In this document: positions 51,359 through 60,821 of the stretch, piece by piece
Position numbering within the stretch: position 1 is the first letter of the stretch
Layout of the letters: every line of letters starts with the position of its first letter
Assembly (NCBI GenBank): GCA_016794465.1
Contig: JAEUKA010000053.1
Location: forward strand, 83,999 to 147,998
Reading direction: 5' to 3'
Length of the DNA stretch: 64,000 nt
Source: Myxococcales bacterium
GTDB taxonomy: Bacteria > Myxococcota_A > Polyangia > Palsa-1104 > JAEUJZ01
Program-made: the position numbers and the translations under genes
The notes under the pieces: generated by a model
What the model was told of the DNA's origin: nothing
What the model saw: the letters and a program-made list of their open reading frames with translations, nothing else
Databases searched by the model: none

Positions 51359-52324
51359 ATGTCCGTTCACAGCGCCCGGCGCGGCAAGGTCACGCACCTC
51401 GAGCTGCGCAAGATGAAGGAGCAAGGCGAGCGAATCGCCATGCTCACCGCCTACGACTACAGCTTCGCCCGCTTGTGCGATCAGGCCGGCACCGACATCT
51501 TGCTTGTCGGGGACTCGCTCGGCATGGTCATCCAGGGGCAGAAAAACACGCTGCCGGTGACGATGGAGCACATGATCTACCACTGCCAGGCCGTCGCTCG
51601 GGGGGTTGAAGCGGCGAGCGGTCGGGCGATGGTGGTCGGGGATCTGCCGTTTATGTCGTACCAGTCCGACCTCGACGAGGCGATGAAGAACGCCGGGCGG
51701 CTGATCAAGGAAGGCCAGGCCGAAGCGGTCAAGCTAGAGGGTGGGGCCGAGTACTGCGAGCTGGTGCGCAGGCTGACGCGCGTCGGCATTCCGGTGATGG
51801 GGCACATTGGGCTGACTCCGCAGTCGCTGCACGCGCTCGGCGGGTTCAAAGTGCAAGGTCGCGACGATCTGGCCGGGCAGCGGCTGAAGAGTGACGCGCT
51901 GGCGCTCGCCGAGGCCGGCTGTTTTTCGCTGGTGCTGGAAGGCATTCCGCAAGAGCTGGGCGCCGAGATCACCGAGTCGCTGGCGATTCCCACCATCGGC
52001 ATTGGCGCTGGCCCCGAGTGCGACGGTCAGGTCCTGGTCATCTACGATTTGCTCGGCATGAATGAGGAGTTTCGGCCTCGCTTCGTCAAGCGCTATGAAA
52101 ACTTTGCGGTCCGCGTCCGCACCGCCATCGACAGCTACATCGGCGAGGTCCGCAGCGGCGCCTTCCCGGGCCCAGAGCACTCCTTTTCCCGGGTCGAAAA
52201 GAGCAAGGATCGCCCGCGTGCCGTTGCCGTCGGCGGGGTCGTGGCCGAGAGCGAGGGTCGCCAGGTTGACTCGATCGGCGTCGGCTGCATCCCGATTCGG
52301 CCTCTCGGTCCCAAGGCGACGTAA
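51359..52324 (+). CDS. panB: 3-methyl-2-oxobutanoate hydroxymethyltransferase
   Basis: 'ERIAMLTAYDYSFARLCDQAGTDILLVGDSLGMV' is the PanB signature. 'GHIGLTPQS' is also present. Confidence 0.8.
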   Translation: MSVHSARRGKVTHLELRKMKEQGERIAMLTAYDYSFARLCDQAGTDILLVGDSLGMVIQGQKNTLPVTMEHMIYHCQAVARGVEAASGRAMVVGDLPFMSYQSDLDEAMKNAGRLIKEGQAEAVKLEGGAEYCELVRRLTRVGIPVMGHIGLTPQSLHALGGFKVQGRDDLAGQRLKSDALALAEAGCFSLVLEGIPQELGAEITESLAIPTIGIGAGPECDGQVLVIYDLLGMNEEFRPRFVKRYENFAVRVRTAIDSYIGEVRSGAFPGPEHSFSRVEKSKDRPRAVAVGGVVAESEGRQVDSIGVGCIPIRPLGPKAT

Positions 52325-52425
52325 CAGCGGGTCGAAAGAGGGCTGCGGACAGCGGTCGAAAAAGAGGTTTCCAAGCAGGTTCTTTTGGTCTGTGATGAAG
52401 TGAGCGCTGAAAGAAGGTGCCCAAC

Positions 52426-52917
52426 ATGTCCGATGACACTGCCTCGCGTGAGCTGAGCCAGTCTGCGTTTCAAGAGTCGTTTGGCAAGCTTTCGCCGGTG
52501 ATCCTCGCCGAGTGGCAGCAGCTCGATGCCGGGGCGCTGACCGCGACGGGGGGTGAGCTGGACAAGGTGGTGGCGCTGATCGCCGAGCGGACGGCGCACA
52601 CCAAGGTGCTGGTTCGTCGCCAGCTAGAGGAGCTGTGGCAGGTTACAGCGGAGCCGCCGCGTCGTCGCAAGGGGGCCACCGGGGCCTCGCGACTGCGCGA
52701 CAACCTGCACGCGGTCCTGCCCGACGCCGCCGATGAGGTCCTGCAAGAGCTGGAGCAGCGCACCGCCGAGCTGATTCGCGAGCTGCGCGGCGGCCTGCTG
52801 AAAGACACGCGGACCCGGGTCAAAGACAACCTGCTGTTTTCGCTGCTGGTGACCCTGGGGCTGGGCTTTATCGTCGGGGTGATCTTCACCGGATGGAACT
52901 TTCGCCGTGATCGCTAA
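52426..52917 (+). CDS. YqjD/ElaB-like (DUF883) C-tail-anchored stress protein
   Basis: The ATG at 52426 is preceded by an 'aaggtg' RBS. Coiled-coil body with a single C-terminal TM 'LLFSLLVTLGLGFIVGVIFTGW'. Confidence 0.4.
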   Translation: MSDDTASRELSQSAFQESFGKLSPVILAEWQQLDAGALTATGGELDKVVALIAERTAHTKVLVRRQLEELWQVTAEPPRRRKGATGASRLRDNLHAVLPDAADEVLQELEQRTAELIRELRGGLLKDTRTRVKDNLLFSLLVTLGLGFIVGVIFTGWNFRRDR

Positions 52918-53338
52918 CGCAAATGCCAGAGAAGTCTCGGCAGAGGACGCGTCGGGCGAGCTTCCCGGCAGTGGCGAGGGTGGCAGTCCCAGTGGCAGCT
53001 CGCGGGTGATGCGCCTCCTCAGTGGGCTATTTTCCGTCCACGCCGAGGTCGCGCGGCAAGAGCTAGGTCGTGAGCAGAGTCGGCTCTTTGGCGGCGTGAT
53101 CCTGCTGTTTGTCGGGCTGACCTGCTTGGCGATGCTGATCCTGCTGCTGCAAGGCTTTGGCGTGTGGCTGCTGCTGCAGCGTGGTCTGGCACTCGGGTGG
53201 GCGCTGCTGACGATGGGCGGCATCGATGCCTTGGTGGGAGTGGTCGCGATCCTGCTCGGGCGACGGGCACTGGCCAGGCCGCTGCTTCCCGAGACGCGCG
53301 CGCTGATTCGGCGGACCCTCGCAACGGTGATTTCCTAG
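52907..53338 (+). CDS. YqjE-like small membrane protein (DUF1469/holin-superfamily-III fold)
   Basis: 143 aa with two TM helices. Overlaps the upstream gene by 11 nt. This pairing is typical of yqjD-yqjE. Confidence 0.4.
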   Translation: MIANANAREVSAEDASGELPGSGEGGSPSGSSRVMRLLSGLFSVHAEVARQELGREQSRLFGGVILLFVGLTCLAMLILLLQGFGVWLLLQRGLALGWALLTMGGIDALVGVVAILLGRRALARPLLPETRALIRRTLATVIS

Positions 53339-53350
53339 CTTCGGTGGCTC

Positions 53351-54361
53351 ATGCGGCGCTTGGTGCTGGTGCTTGGGGTCTTGGGGCCGCTCGGCTGTCA
53401 TCCGTCGGTGATGCCGTCAGATCAGCCGGTTGTCTCTGTCCATCGATTGCCACAGACGCAGACGCAGACGCAGACGCCTGCCCAAGAGCCAGCGCTTCCC
53501 GCCTCGCCCCAAGGTCTTGCGGGAACGTGGGACTGGCTGTATCGCGGCACCACCCAGCAGGGCGATCTGCGCATCGAGGAGGAAGAGTGGCACCTGTCCC
53601 AGCAGGGCACCAAGCTGTCCGGCGACTATCTGCGCCAGGTGACGACGCTGTCGCTCGATCAGAGGCCGTTTCGCTGCAACGGGCTGCTGGGGTTTTTGGT
53701 GACGACGCGGGTGCGGCTGCACGGCGAGCTACAGGGTGACAAAGTTCACTTGCAAGAGACAGCGGTAGAGCAGCAGAAGAACCCGTGCAGCGATGACCCG
53801 CTGCGTCCCAAGACCTATGAAGGGACGCTGGCCGATGGGAAGCTCTCGCTGCGCTGGCCGGGGGGCGAACAGCAGCTTCTGCGGCGACCTGCTGATAGCA
53901 AGCTGCCCTCGCTGACGCCTCCGCAAGGGGAATCGGCGGAGCGGCTGTCCGCTGCCGAGCTGCACCTGACCGGAGTCTGGGAGTGGCAGGCGCGCGCGAG
54001 CGGCGTGACCTACGGTGAGAGCGAAAGCGAAGAGGTCAGCGAGACAGAGGAGTGGCACCTTGTCGACCTGGGCGGCAAGCTGGCCGGCTACTACGATCGC
54101 ATCGTCGAGCGCAGCCGATCGAAAGGAATCTTTGCTTGCAGCGGCAGCTCGCGCAGTCGCTCGGTGACGCGCTACACCTTGCGTGGCCGACGCACCGGCG
54201 ATCACTTCTTTTTGAACGAGCAGGACTACAAAGCGGAGCCCAGTCCCTGTGACAACGGCGGGCGGCGCATCGATACCTATCGCGGCACGATCCTGCCGAT
54301 GCAGCGGCTGCTGATCGAGTGGAGTGGTGGTCAGCAGATCCTGAAGCGGCGGCGCGAGTAG
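53351..54361 (+). CDS. hypothetical lipoprotein with internally duplicated domain
   Basis: 'VLGVLGPLGC' lipobox. Two homologous halves ('EEEWHLSQQGTKLSGDY...' and 'TEEWHLVDLGGKLAGYY...'). A (QT)3 linker is encoded by a (cagacg)n microsatellite. Confidence 0.45.
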   Translation: MRRLVLVLGVLGPLGCHPSVMPSDQPVVSVHRLPQTQTQTQTPAQEPALPASPQGLAGTWDWLYRGTTQQGDLRIEEEEWHLSQQGTKLSGDYLRQVTTLSLDQRPFRCNGLLGFLVTTRVRLHGELQGDKVHLQETAVEQQKNPCSDDPLRPKTYEGTLADGKLSLRWPGGEQQLLRRPADSKLPSLTPPQGESAERLSAAELHLTGVWEWQARASGVTYGESESEEVSETEEWHLVDLGGKLAGYYDRIVERSRSKGIFACSGSSRSRSVTRYTLRGRRTGDHFFLNEQDYKAEPSPCDNGGRRIDTYRGTILPMQRLLIEWSGGQQILKRRRE

Positions 54362-54427
54362 CGTTTTTTTCCTGCGAGCGCAAAAGAGTTTTCGTAGGTC
54401 GCGCGGGCCGATTCCTATAATCCGCCC

Positions 54428-55438
54428 ATGAAGCGTGACGATCAGTTTCTCCGTGATGTGCAGCTGGGAATCCTGGGGCTCTTTGGCGGTTCGCTGCTGG
54501 CGGGCTGTGTGGCGACGAGCTCCGACCTGCCGGTGCTGACAGATGAAGTCGATGCCGCAACACCGACCAGCGAGGATCTGGCGCCGCCCGACTTGGCGCA
54601 GCCCGATCTTCTGCCACCCGCGCCGCGCTGTACCGGAAAAGGGGCGATGACGGCGGGGACGACCACGCTCAAGATGATGTCGCGCGGCAAGGAGCGGACC
54701 TATCTGCTCCACATTCCGACTGGGTATGATCCAACCAAGCCCTCGTCGCTGGTGTTGGCGTTTCACGGCATGTCGGACAAAGCGCCCGACTTCTTCAAGA
54801 TGATCGATCTCGGCAAGGAAGCGGACAAGCGCAACCTAATCGGGATCATTCCGCAGGGCTTGGGAATCATCGCCGGCTGGAACGCGGGCAACTGCTGTGG
54901 CGAGCCGCAGCTGTTCAAGGTGGATGACGTTGGCTTTGTGAGCGACCTCATCGACTCTGCCAAGCGCGATCTCTGCATCGATGACAAGCGAATCTACGCG
55001 ATGGGATTTTCCAACGGCGGCATGTTTACTCACCGCTTGGCGTGCGAGCTGTCGTCGGTGTTTTCAGCCGTCGGTCCGGTCGCGGGGACGCTCATGTTTC
55101 CTGCGTGCAAGCCGGATCGTCCGGTGTCGATCCTGCACCTGCACGGCAACGCCGATCCAGTGGTCGGCTATGGTGGCGGAGGCAGCGGCAGCTTTCCCAA
55201 AGTGTCGGAGGTCATCGCCGACTGGGCGCGCCGCGACAGCTGCATGGGCATGGCGCAGCAGACCTACAAGAGTGGTTCTGTGACGTGTGACACCTATCGT
55301 ACCTGTGCAGAGTCGTCCGAAGTCTCGCTGTGTACAATCGATCAAGGGAAGCACACCTGGCCCGGTGCTGGCGACGGAAACAAGGACCTCTCTGCCACCG
55401 CAGCCCTGCTCGATTTCTTCGCCAAGCACTCACGTTAG
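54428..55438 (+). CDS. PHB-depolymerase-family esterase (LpqC-like) lipoprotein
   Basis: Lipobox 'LLAGC'. 'LVLAFHGMSD', 'GFSNGGMF', 'LHLHGNADPVV' esterase motifs. Confidence 0.6.
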   Translation: MKRDDQFLRDVQLGILGLFGGSLLAGCVATSSDLPVLTDEVDAATPTSEDLAPPDLAQPDLLPPAPRCTGKGAMTAGTTTLKMMSRGKERTYLLHIPTGYDPTKPSSLVLAFHGMSDKAPDFFKMIDLGKEADKRNLIGIIPQGLGIIAGWNAGNCCGEPQLFKVDDVGFVSDLIDSAKRDLCIDDKRIYAMGFSNGGMFTHRLACELSSVFSAVGPVAGTLMFPACKPDRPVSILHLHGNADPVVGYGGGGSGSFPKVSEVIADWARRDSCMGMAQQTYKSGSVTCDTYRTCAESSEVSLCTIDQGKHTWPGAGDGNKDLSATAALLDFFAKHSR

Positions 55439-55450
55439 GAATCACTCCCA

Positions 55451-57061
55451 ATGACTGTAGGAAGAGCGGTCTATCAGCCGGTTTCAGCAAGTGACAGTGT
55501 GCCGCTGCTGCTCGATCGGAGTGCGGCGCGGTGTCCGTCTCACACGGCGATCTCGATTGGCGAGACGCGCATTTCCTACGCCGAGCTGCTGCAGCGGGTC
55601 CGTTCCCTGGCACAGGGTCTGGTCGAGCTGGGAGTCCGTCCCGGCGATCGGGTCGCGCTGATGCTCCCGAACACCCCCGCGTACGTGATGACCAGCTACG
55701 CACTGCTGCGCCTGGGAGCGGTGATCGTCAACGTCAGTCCCCAAAGCCAAGGCAGTGAGCTTGTCTACATCCTTCGTCAGAGTGAAGCGGTGGCGCTGTT
55801 TGCGCTGGATGTGTTTCTGCCCGGACTCTACAAAGCGCTGGATAAGAGTCCTATAAAATACCTCTATATCTCCTCTGTGCAGGGTCTGGAAAAGAAGCTG
55901 CCGGTTCCGCCAGGCGTTCCTTCCCCGCGTCCACTAGAGTCTCTGTTTCGGACTCCGCAAGAGTCCGTAGCTGTGCCGCATGCCGTCGCTGATGATCTGG
56001 CGGTGATCCAGTTTACCAGCGGCTCGACCGGGACTCCCAAAGGGGTGATGCTCAGTCATCGCAACGTGCTGGCGAGCGTGCGACAGAGTGCGCTGTGGAT
56101 GAACGCGGCAGAGCTTCCCAATGCTGGCGTGCTGTGTGTGATTCCGTTCTTCCATGTCTTCGGAATGTCTATAGGACTGCACCTGACGATCGCGAAAGCG
56201 TATCGGATGATCTTGGTGCCGCGCTTTGATGCGCTCGATCTGATGCCGATCGTCCGGCTGATCGAGCAGGAGCGGCCGCTGTCCTTTCCGGCGGTCCCGA
56301 CGCTGTGGGCGGCGCTGATGTCGCATCCTGCGGTCACCAAAGAGCTGCTCTCCAGCATCCATGTGGCGTCGAGTGGTGGCGCCTCCCTTCCAGAGTGGGT
56401 CCAGCAAAGCTATCGCGCGCTGACCGGGAGGCCGATTTATGAAGCGTACGGACTCTCGGAAGCGGGCGGAGCCACCCACGCATCGCCGTTTCCGCAAGGA
56501 GGCGCGCTCGGATCGATTGGGAGTCCGCTCGCGGCGGTGAAGGCCAAGCTGGTCGATCCCGAGGACGGAGCCCGAGAAGTTGCCGTCGGTGAAGTCGGTG
56601 AGCTGCTGGTGTCGGGCGAGGTCGTGATGCGCGGCTACCTGGGCAATGACGAACTGACGCGCAAGGTGCTGCGGGATGGCTGGCTCTGTACGGGCGACCT
56701 CGCGCGGTGCGATGCGGACGGTCAGTACTTCATCGTCGATCGCAAGGATGACCTGATCATCACCAGTGGCTACAACGTCTACCCGAGCGAAGTGGAAGCG
56801 GTGCTGGTGCAGCATCCGGCGGTGCAAGATGTCGCGGTGGTGGGACGGGAAGATCGGCTGCGCGGTCAGGTGGTGATTGCGCACGTGGTGCTGCGTCCGG
56901 GGCTGGCTGCTACTTCCGAGACGCTGATTGAGCTGTGTCGCGCCAACCTGCCCGACTACAAAGTACCGCGCAGCATCGTGTTTGCAGACAAGGTACCGCG
57001 CAATCCGGCGGGCAAGACGCTGCGCAAAGACCTGTCGACGGGTGCTGAGTCGGCGTCGTAA
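55451..57061 (+). CDS. AMP-dependent synthetase/ligase (long-chain acyl-CoA synthetase-like)
   Basis: 'IQFTSGSTGTPKGVMLSHRNV', 'YGLSEAGG', 'TGDLARCDADGQYFIVDRKDDLII' adenylation motifs. Confidence 0.8.
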   Translation: MTVGRAVYQPVSASDSVPLLLDRSAARCPSHTAISIGETRISYAELLQRVRSLAQGLVELGVRPGDRVALMLPNTPAYVMTSYALLRLGAVIVNVSPQSQGSELVYILRQSEAVALFALDVFLPGLYKALDKSPIKYLYISSVQGLEKKLPVPPGVPSPRPLESLFRTPQESVAVPHAVADDLAVIQFTSGSTGTPKGVMLSHRNVLASVRQSALWMNAAELPNAGVLCVIPFFHVFGMSIGLHLTIAKAYRMILVPRFDALDLMPIVRLIEQERPLSFPAVPTLWAALMSHPAVTKELLSSIHVASSGGASLPEWVQQSYRALTGRPIYEAYGLSEAGGATHASPFPQGGALGSIGSPLAAVKAKLVDPEDGAREVAVGEVGELLVSGEVVMRGYLGNDELTRKVLRDGWLCTGDLARCDADGQYFIVDRKDDLIITSGYNVYPSEVEAVLVQHPAVQDVAVVGREDRLRGQVVIAHVVLRPGLAATSETLIELCRANLPDYKVPRSIVFADKVPRNPAGKTLRKDLSTGAESAS

Positions 57062-57100
57062 CGGGCGCTTGCTGGAGGTGGGTGCAGGTAGGGGGCGCGA

Positions 57101-57784
57101 CTACTTGAGGCTGAAAAACAGGCCGGCGTCGAGGACGTAGGCACCGTCGAAGAAGTCGTCGCTGGAGTAGCGGCCGATCATGCCGGAGCGGACGAGAATG
57201 CCGACGGGAAGACCGGCCTTGGGACGAAGGTCGTAGCCGAGTCCGAGCATCACCGACGGCATAAAGTGACTGGTCGATAGGGCCGGCTGGGGCCGCGACA
57301 CCGACTCGTCCCAGGCGATGTTCAAGTAACCGGCGCCGAGTCGCAGATCGAACAGCAGGCCCGAGCCGGTGAGCAGGCGTCCGCCGGTTTCGACGAGTCC
57401 GAAGAAGCCGCGACGGGCGCTCGGCTCGACGAACATTCCCAGGCTGCCAGCGACGACAAACTCGAACGGGCCGGTCTGCCACAGCGAGCCTTCATAGCCG
57501 ATGCGGGCGCCCGGGTTGGAAAATGACTCGCCAAAGTACGACACCGAGAGCCGCTGGCTGGGTAGAGGCTCCTGGGCGTCAGTCGGAAAGGCGGTGAGAA
57601 GCACCGACAGTGCGCCCCAGATCGCCAGCTGCGGTAGACGCCTGAGATTTACGTAATTTTTATTACGCAAAGTACCAATTTTACCAAGCTTTTCCTTCGC
57701 CCTGTGCGTCACGTCACAAGCCTCTTCTCGACGAAGTTTGCCATTGAAAATAGGGGCTCTTTTAAAATAGCCTTTAATATGCAA
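57101..57784 (-). CDS. outer-membrane beta-barrel protein (small porin-like)
   Basis: Signal-like 'LAIWGALSVLLTAFPTDAQE'. Alternating beta-strand pattern with a C-terminal 'LFFSLK'. The true start is uncertain: the listed ORF starts at TTG 57784 inside the divergent promoter. Confidence 0.4.
   Translation of the reverse strand: MHIKGYFKRAPIFNGKLRREEACDVTHRAKEKLGKIGTLRNKNYVNLRRLPQLAIWGALSVLLTAFPTDAQEPLPSQRLSVSYFGESFSNPGARIGYEGSLWQTGPFEFVVAGSLGMFVEPSARRGFFGLVETGGRLLTGSGLLFDLRLGAGYLNIAWDESVSRPQPALSTSHFMPSVMLGLGYDLRPKAGLPVGILVRSGMIGRYSSDDFFDGAYVLDAGLFFSLK
57651..57666. promoter_or_regulatory. AT-rich palindrome in a divergent promoter region
   Basis: 'cgtaat tttt attacg' is a perfect 6-bp inverted repeat. 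It lies in the only AT-rich stretch (57640-57790), between the divergent OMP and TonB-receptor genes. Confidence 0.3.
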
Positions 57785-59961
57785 TGAAAGTCACAAAATC
57801 AGCGATGCACTGGCTGGGTTACCTGGCCGGAAGCTGGCTCTGCGCGACCAGTGCAGCTGCGCAGCCGCTCGCTGAGGCTGGCTCGTCTACCGGCAGCGAG
57901 CTGGATCTGTTCAAGCTCGACTCGCTGGTGAATGCGGCGGTGGTGACAGCCTCGGGTGGGGAAGAGGAAGATCGGGCCGTCGCTGCTGCCACGATCTACA
58001 CCATCCCTCGCGAGGAGATCTTGCAGCACGGCTACACCACGGTGGCCGAGGCGCTGGCGACGGTGCCGGGCCTGTATGTGATCGACGATCTGGTGCTGCC
58101 GTCGCTGAGCGTGCGGGGCATCAACGGCGGACTCAATGCCGGGACGCGGCTCGTCAAGCTGATGATCGACGGCAATACCGTCGCGTTTCGTCCCGAGCAG
58201 TCGGCGTTTCTGGGTCTGGAGTTCATTCCCATCGACGCGATTGAGCGGATCGAGGTCGCCAAAGGTCCGCTGTCGGCGGTCTACGGTGCCAATGCCTTTG
58301 TCGCGACGATCAACGTCATTACGCGGCGCAGTCAGGACGGCACACTCGGGGCTCTGACGGCGAACCTGACTTATCTGCGGCAGCCGGGCGTCAGCGGGTC
58401 GGCGTTTCTAAGCTACGGGAGTGCGCGCGGTTATGTGATGGCGGCCATTGGCGGAGGTCGGCTTGATCGCTCGGGGCTGACGGTGCCGAAGACGCTTAGC
58501 GACTCGGCGTCGACGGGAGTTGTGCATGACCGAGCGACGCAGAATGACATCTCGCAGCCGGTGTCGGCGGTGCTGCTCGCTGGGGTGCGCAGTCAGTCAC
58601 TCGGAGAGCTGTCGCTGCAGGCCGGTCTGCAGCGCCTCGACTCGGTGGGGCAGTTTCGGGTCAACAGCCTGCTCGCGGAGTCGAACCGGATTGCTCTTAT
58701 CAACCTGTGGAGCACGCTGCGGTACGAGAAAAACTGGTCGAAAGTGGGCCTGTCCGCGTCGACGGCGCTCAATGCGGGGCAGCCTCTGCGCGAGTATGAG
58801 CTGCAGCTGGCCGGCAACAGCAACTACAGCTTTCGGCCCAACTACGACTACCTGTCGAGCACGAGCAGCGTCGCGGTAAGCTACAGTCCGTTTGGTCAAA
58901 AGCTGTCGTTTCGCGTCGGTGGTGAGCTGGAATTTGCCCAGGAACGGATCGCCTACTACACCCAAATTTTCCGTCGCTCCGAGGGAGTCCACCAGCCAGG
59001 CGATACCCTCGACCTGATTGAAGACCATCCACGCGACCGGCAGTACCTTGGCGGGGCCGGCTATCTGTCGGTGACGAGCGCGCCGTTCACCAAGCGGCTC
59101 AAGGGGCTGCGCCTGAGCGGCGATCTGCGCATCGACAAGATCACCTTTGGGCCGATTACGTTCGATCCGCAGGTCAGCTTTCGCGCCGCAGTTGCCTATC
59201 GGTTTACGCCGCTGATCGTCGCCAAAGTCGTTGCGGGCCAGGCCTTTCAGATGCCGTCGGGAACGCTGCTGTTTTCCGAGGCTGGCTTTGGCAATCGCAA
59301 CAACATCATTGGCGCGTACGAGTTCAATGCCAACAAGCCGCTGCAGCCGCAGAAGAGCAACATTGTCGAGCTGTCGGTGTCGGCAGTGGTCTTGAAGCAC
59401 TGGGCGCTGGAAGCTTCGGCGTACAGTCAAAGAATCCTTGACAAAGTTGAGTTTGTGTCGGTTGGTGGTGACTTCGTCGCCAAGAACCAATCTCCACAGG
59501 CGTCGTTTGGCTTTGAGGCGCTGTCCCGGCTGCTCTTTGGGCGCTTTTCGGCGTACGGCTGGCTGTGCGGCCACTTCGATGTCGAGCTGAACAAGAGCGT
59601 CGCGGTGCGCAACCCGCCGCCGCTGTATCCGAACTGGCAGGGCCTGCTGGGGCTCGACTTGGATGTGCCCGAGGTGCGGCTGCATGCCAATGCCCAGGTG
59701 CGGCTGGTGGGCCCGCGTGGGGCCTCATCGAGCAATGTCCTGCTCAACAATGAAGAGCCGTACACGCTGCCTGGCTATGGCGTGCTCGACGTGACGCTGT
59801 CAACGCAGGCGCTGCATCCCCTGGGACCGACGGCGGACACTCGGCTGGTGCTGACGGCGCGCAACCTGGGACCTGTGCGCTGGGCCGAGCCTGGCAACGC
59901 GGGATTTGATCTACCGGTGATTGGGCCGAGCTTTCATCTGGCCCTCAAGCAGAGCTTCTAA
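57784..59961 (+). CDS. TonB-dependent outer-membrane receptor
   Basis: Signal peptide. Plug-domain 'TIYTIPREEILQHGYTTVAEALATVPGLYV'. 'IERIEVAKGPLSAVYGANA'. C-terminal '...KQSF'. Confidence 0.75.
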   Translation: MKVTKSAMHWLGYLAGSWLCATSAAAQPLAEAGSSTGSELDLFKLDSLVNAAVVTASGGEEEDRAVAAATIYTIPREEILQHGYTTVAEALATVPGLYVIDDLVLPSLSVRGINGGLNAGTRLVKLMIDGNTVAFRPEQSAFLGLEFIPIDAIERIEVAKGPLSAVYGANAFVATINVITRRSQDGTLGALTANLTYLRQPGVSGSAFLSYGSARGYVMAAIGGGRLDRSGLTVPKTLSDSASTGVVHDRATQNDISQPVSAVLLAGVRSQSLGELSLQAGLQRLDSVGQFRVNSLLAESNRIALINLWSTLRYEKNWSKVGLSASTALNAGQPLREYELQLAGNSNYSFRPNYDYLSSTSSVAVSYSPFGQKLSFRVGGELEFAQERIAYYTQIFRRSEGVHQPGDTLDLIEDHPRDRQYLGGAGYLSVTSAPFTKRLKGLRLSGDLRIDKITFGPITFDPQVSFRAAVAYRFTPLIVAKVVAGQAFQMPSGTLLFSEAGFGNRNNIIGAYEFNANKPLQPQKSNIVELSVSAVVLKHWALEASAYSQRILDKVEFVSVGGDFVAKNQSPQASFGFEALSRLLFGRFSAYGWLCGHFDVELNKSVAVRNPPPLYPNWQGLLGLDLDVPEVRLHANAQVRLVGPRGASSSNVLLNNEEPYTLPGYGVLDVTLSTQALHPLGPTADTRLVLTARNLGPVRWAEPGNAGFDLPVIGPSFHLALKQSF

Positions 59962-59970
59962 CGAGGAACC

Positions 59971-60348
59971 ATGAGCGCAGACCGCAAGAAGATCCTGCTC
60001 GTTGACGACTCGATGACCATCCGCAAGCTGGCCCGAGCGATTCTCGGCGCGGACTACGACTTCGTCGAGGCTGAGAACGGCGCAGATGCCAGCACCGTCG
60101 CACGCGCTGAGCGGCCGGATCTGATCGTCATGGACCTCAACATGCCGGTAAAAGATGGCATCGAGGGACTGGCCGACCTCAAGAGCGAGCCCGACACCCA
60201 GGGCATTCCGGTCATCATCTTGACCTCGGAAACGGAGGAGTCGAAGCGCACTCGCTGCCTGGCGCTGGGCTGTGCCGAGTTTCTGCGCAAGCCACTCGAT
60301 CGCACCCAGATCCGAGGCGCGGTCACGAGGTGGCTGGGAGAGCGATGA
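59971..60348 (+). CDS. CheY-like response regulator (receiver only)
   Basis: 'ILLVDDSMTIRKL...DLIVMDLNMPVKDG...'. 125 aa. Confidence 0.8.
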   Translation: MSADRKKILLVDDSMTIRKLARAILGADYDFVEAENGADASTVARAERPDLIVMDLNMPVKDGIEGLADLKSEPDTQGIPVIILTSETEESKRTRCLALGCAEFLRKPLDRTQIRGAVTRWLGER

Positions 60349-60821
60349 AGCACGGCTGCCTCATCCTGAGCTGCGGGTCAGTGCAGCTGGCACTGCCAGT
60401 CGAGTGCATCGTCGAGGTGTCACGGATGGTTGCGCCCTGTGCGCGGCTGCTGCGGGTGCCAGGATATGTGCTGGGGGTGGTCGATTTTCATGGTGACTTG
60501 GTGCCGCTTATCGACCTGCCGGCCCGCTTGGGACTGACGGCGCCGCGTACGCCGGAAGCGCTGATTCTTGGGCACATCGTGTTTACCGAGCTGCCGAGTG
60601 GTCTGTGGGGCCTGGCTGTCGATGGCGTCTACGATCTGAGTGAGCTGCCGGTCGAGCCGCTGCCGGTCGAGCCGCGTCATCTGGTCGGGCTGCTGCTGGG
60701 CGCGCTGAGAGTGTCGGCGACGGAGCGCGCGCTGGTCCTGAATCCGGTGCAGCTGATCTCGGTGGTGACGCGGGCGCGGATTCGTGACGAGCTGGCCGAG
60801 CTGGCGGGAGGGCAGCTATGA
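60345..60821 (+). CDS. CheW-like coupling protein
   Basis: 'LALPVECIVEV...VPGYVLGVVDFHGDLVPLIDL' CheW fold. ATGA overlap with the upstream gene. Confidence 0.6.
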   Translation: MKHGCLILSCGSVQLALPVECIVEVSRMVAPCARLLRVPGYVLGVVDFHGDLVPLIDLPARLGLTAPRTPEALILGHIVFTELPSGLWGLAVDGVYDLSELPVEPLPVEPRHLVGLLLGALRVSATERALVLNPVQLISVVTRARIRDELAELAGGQL

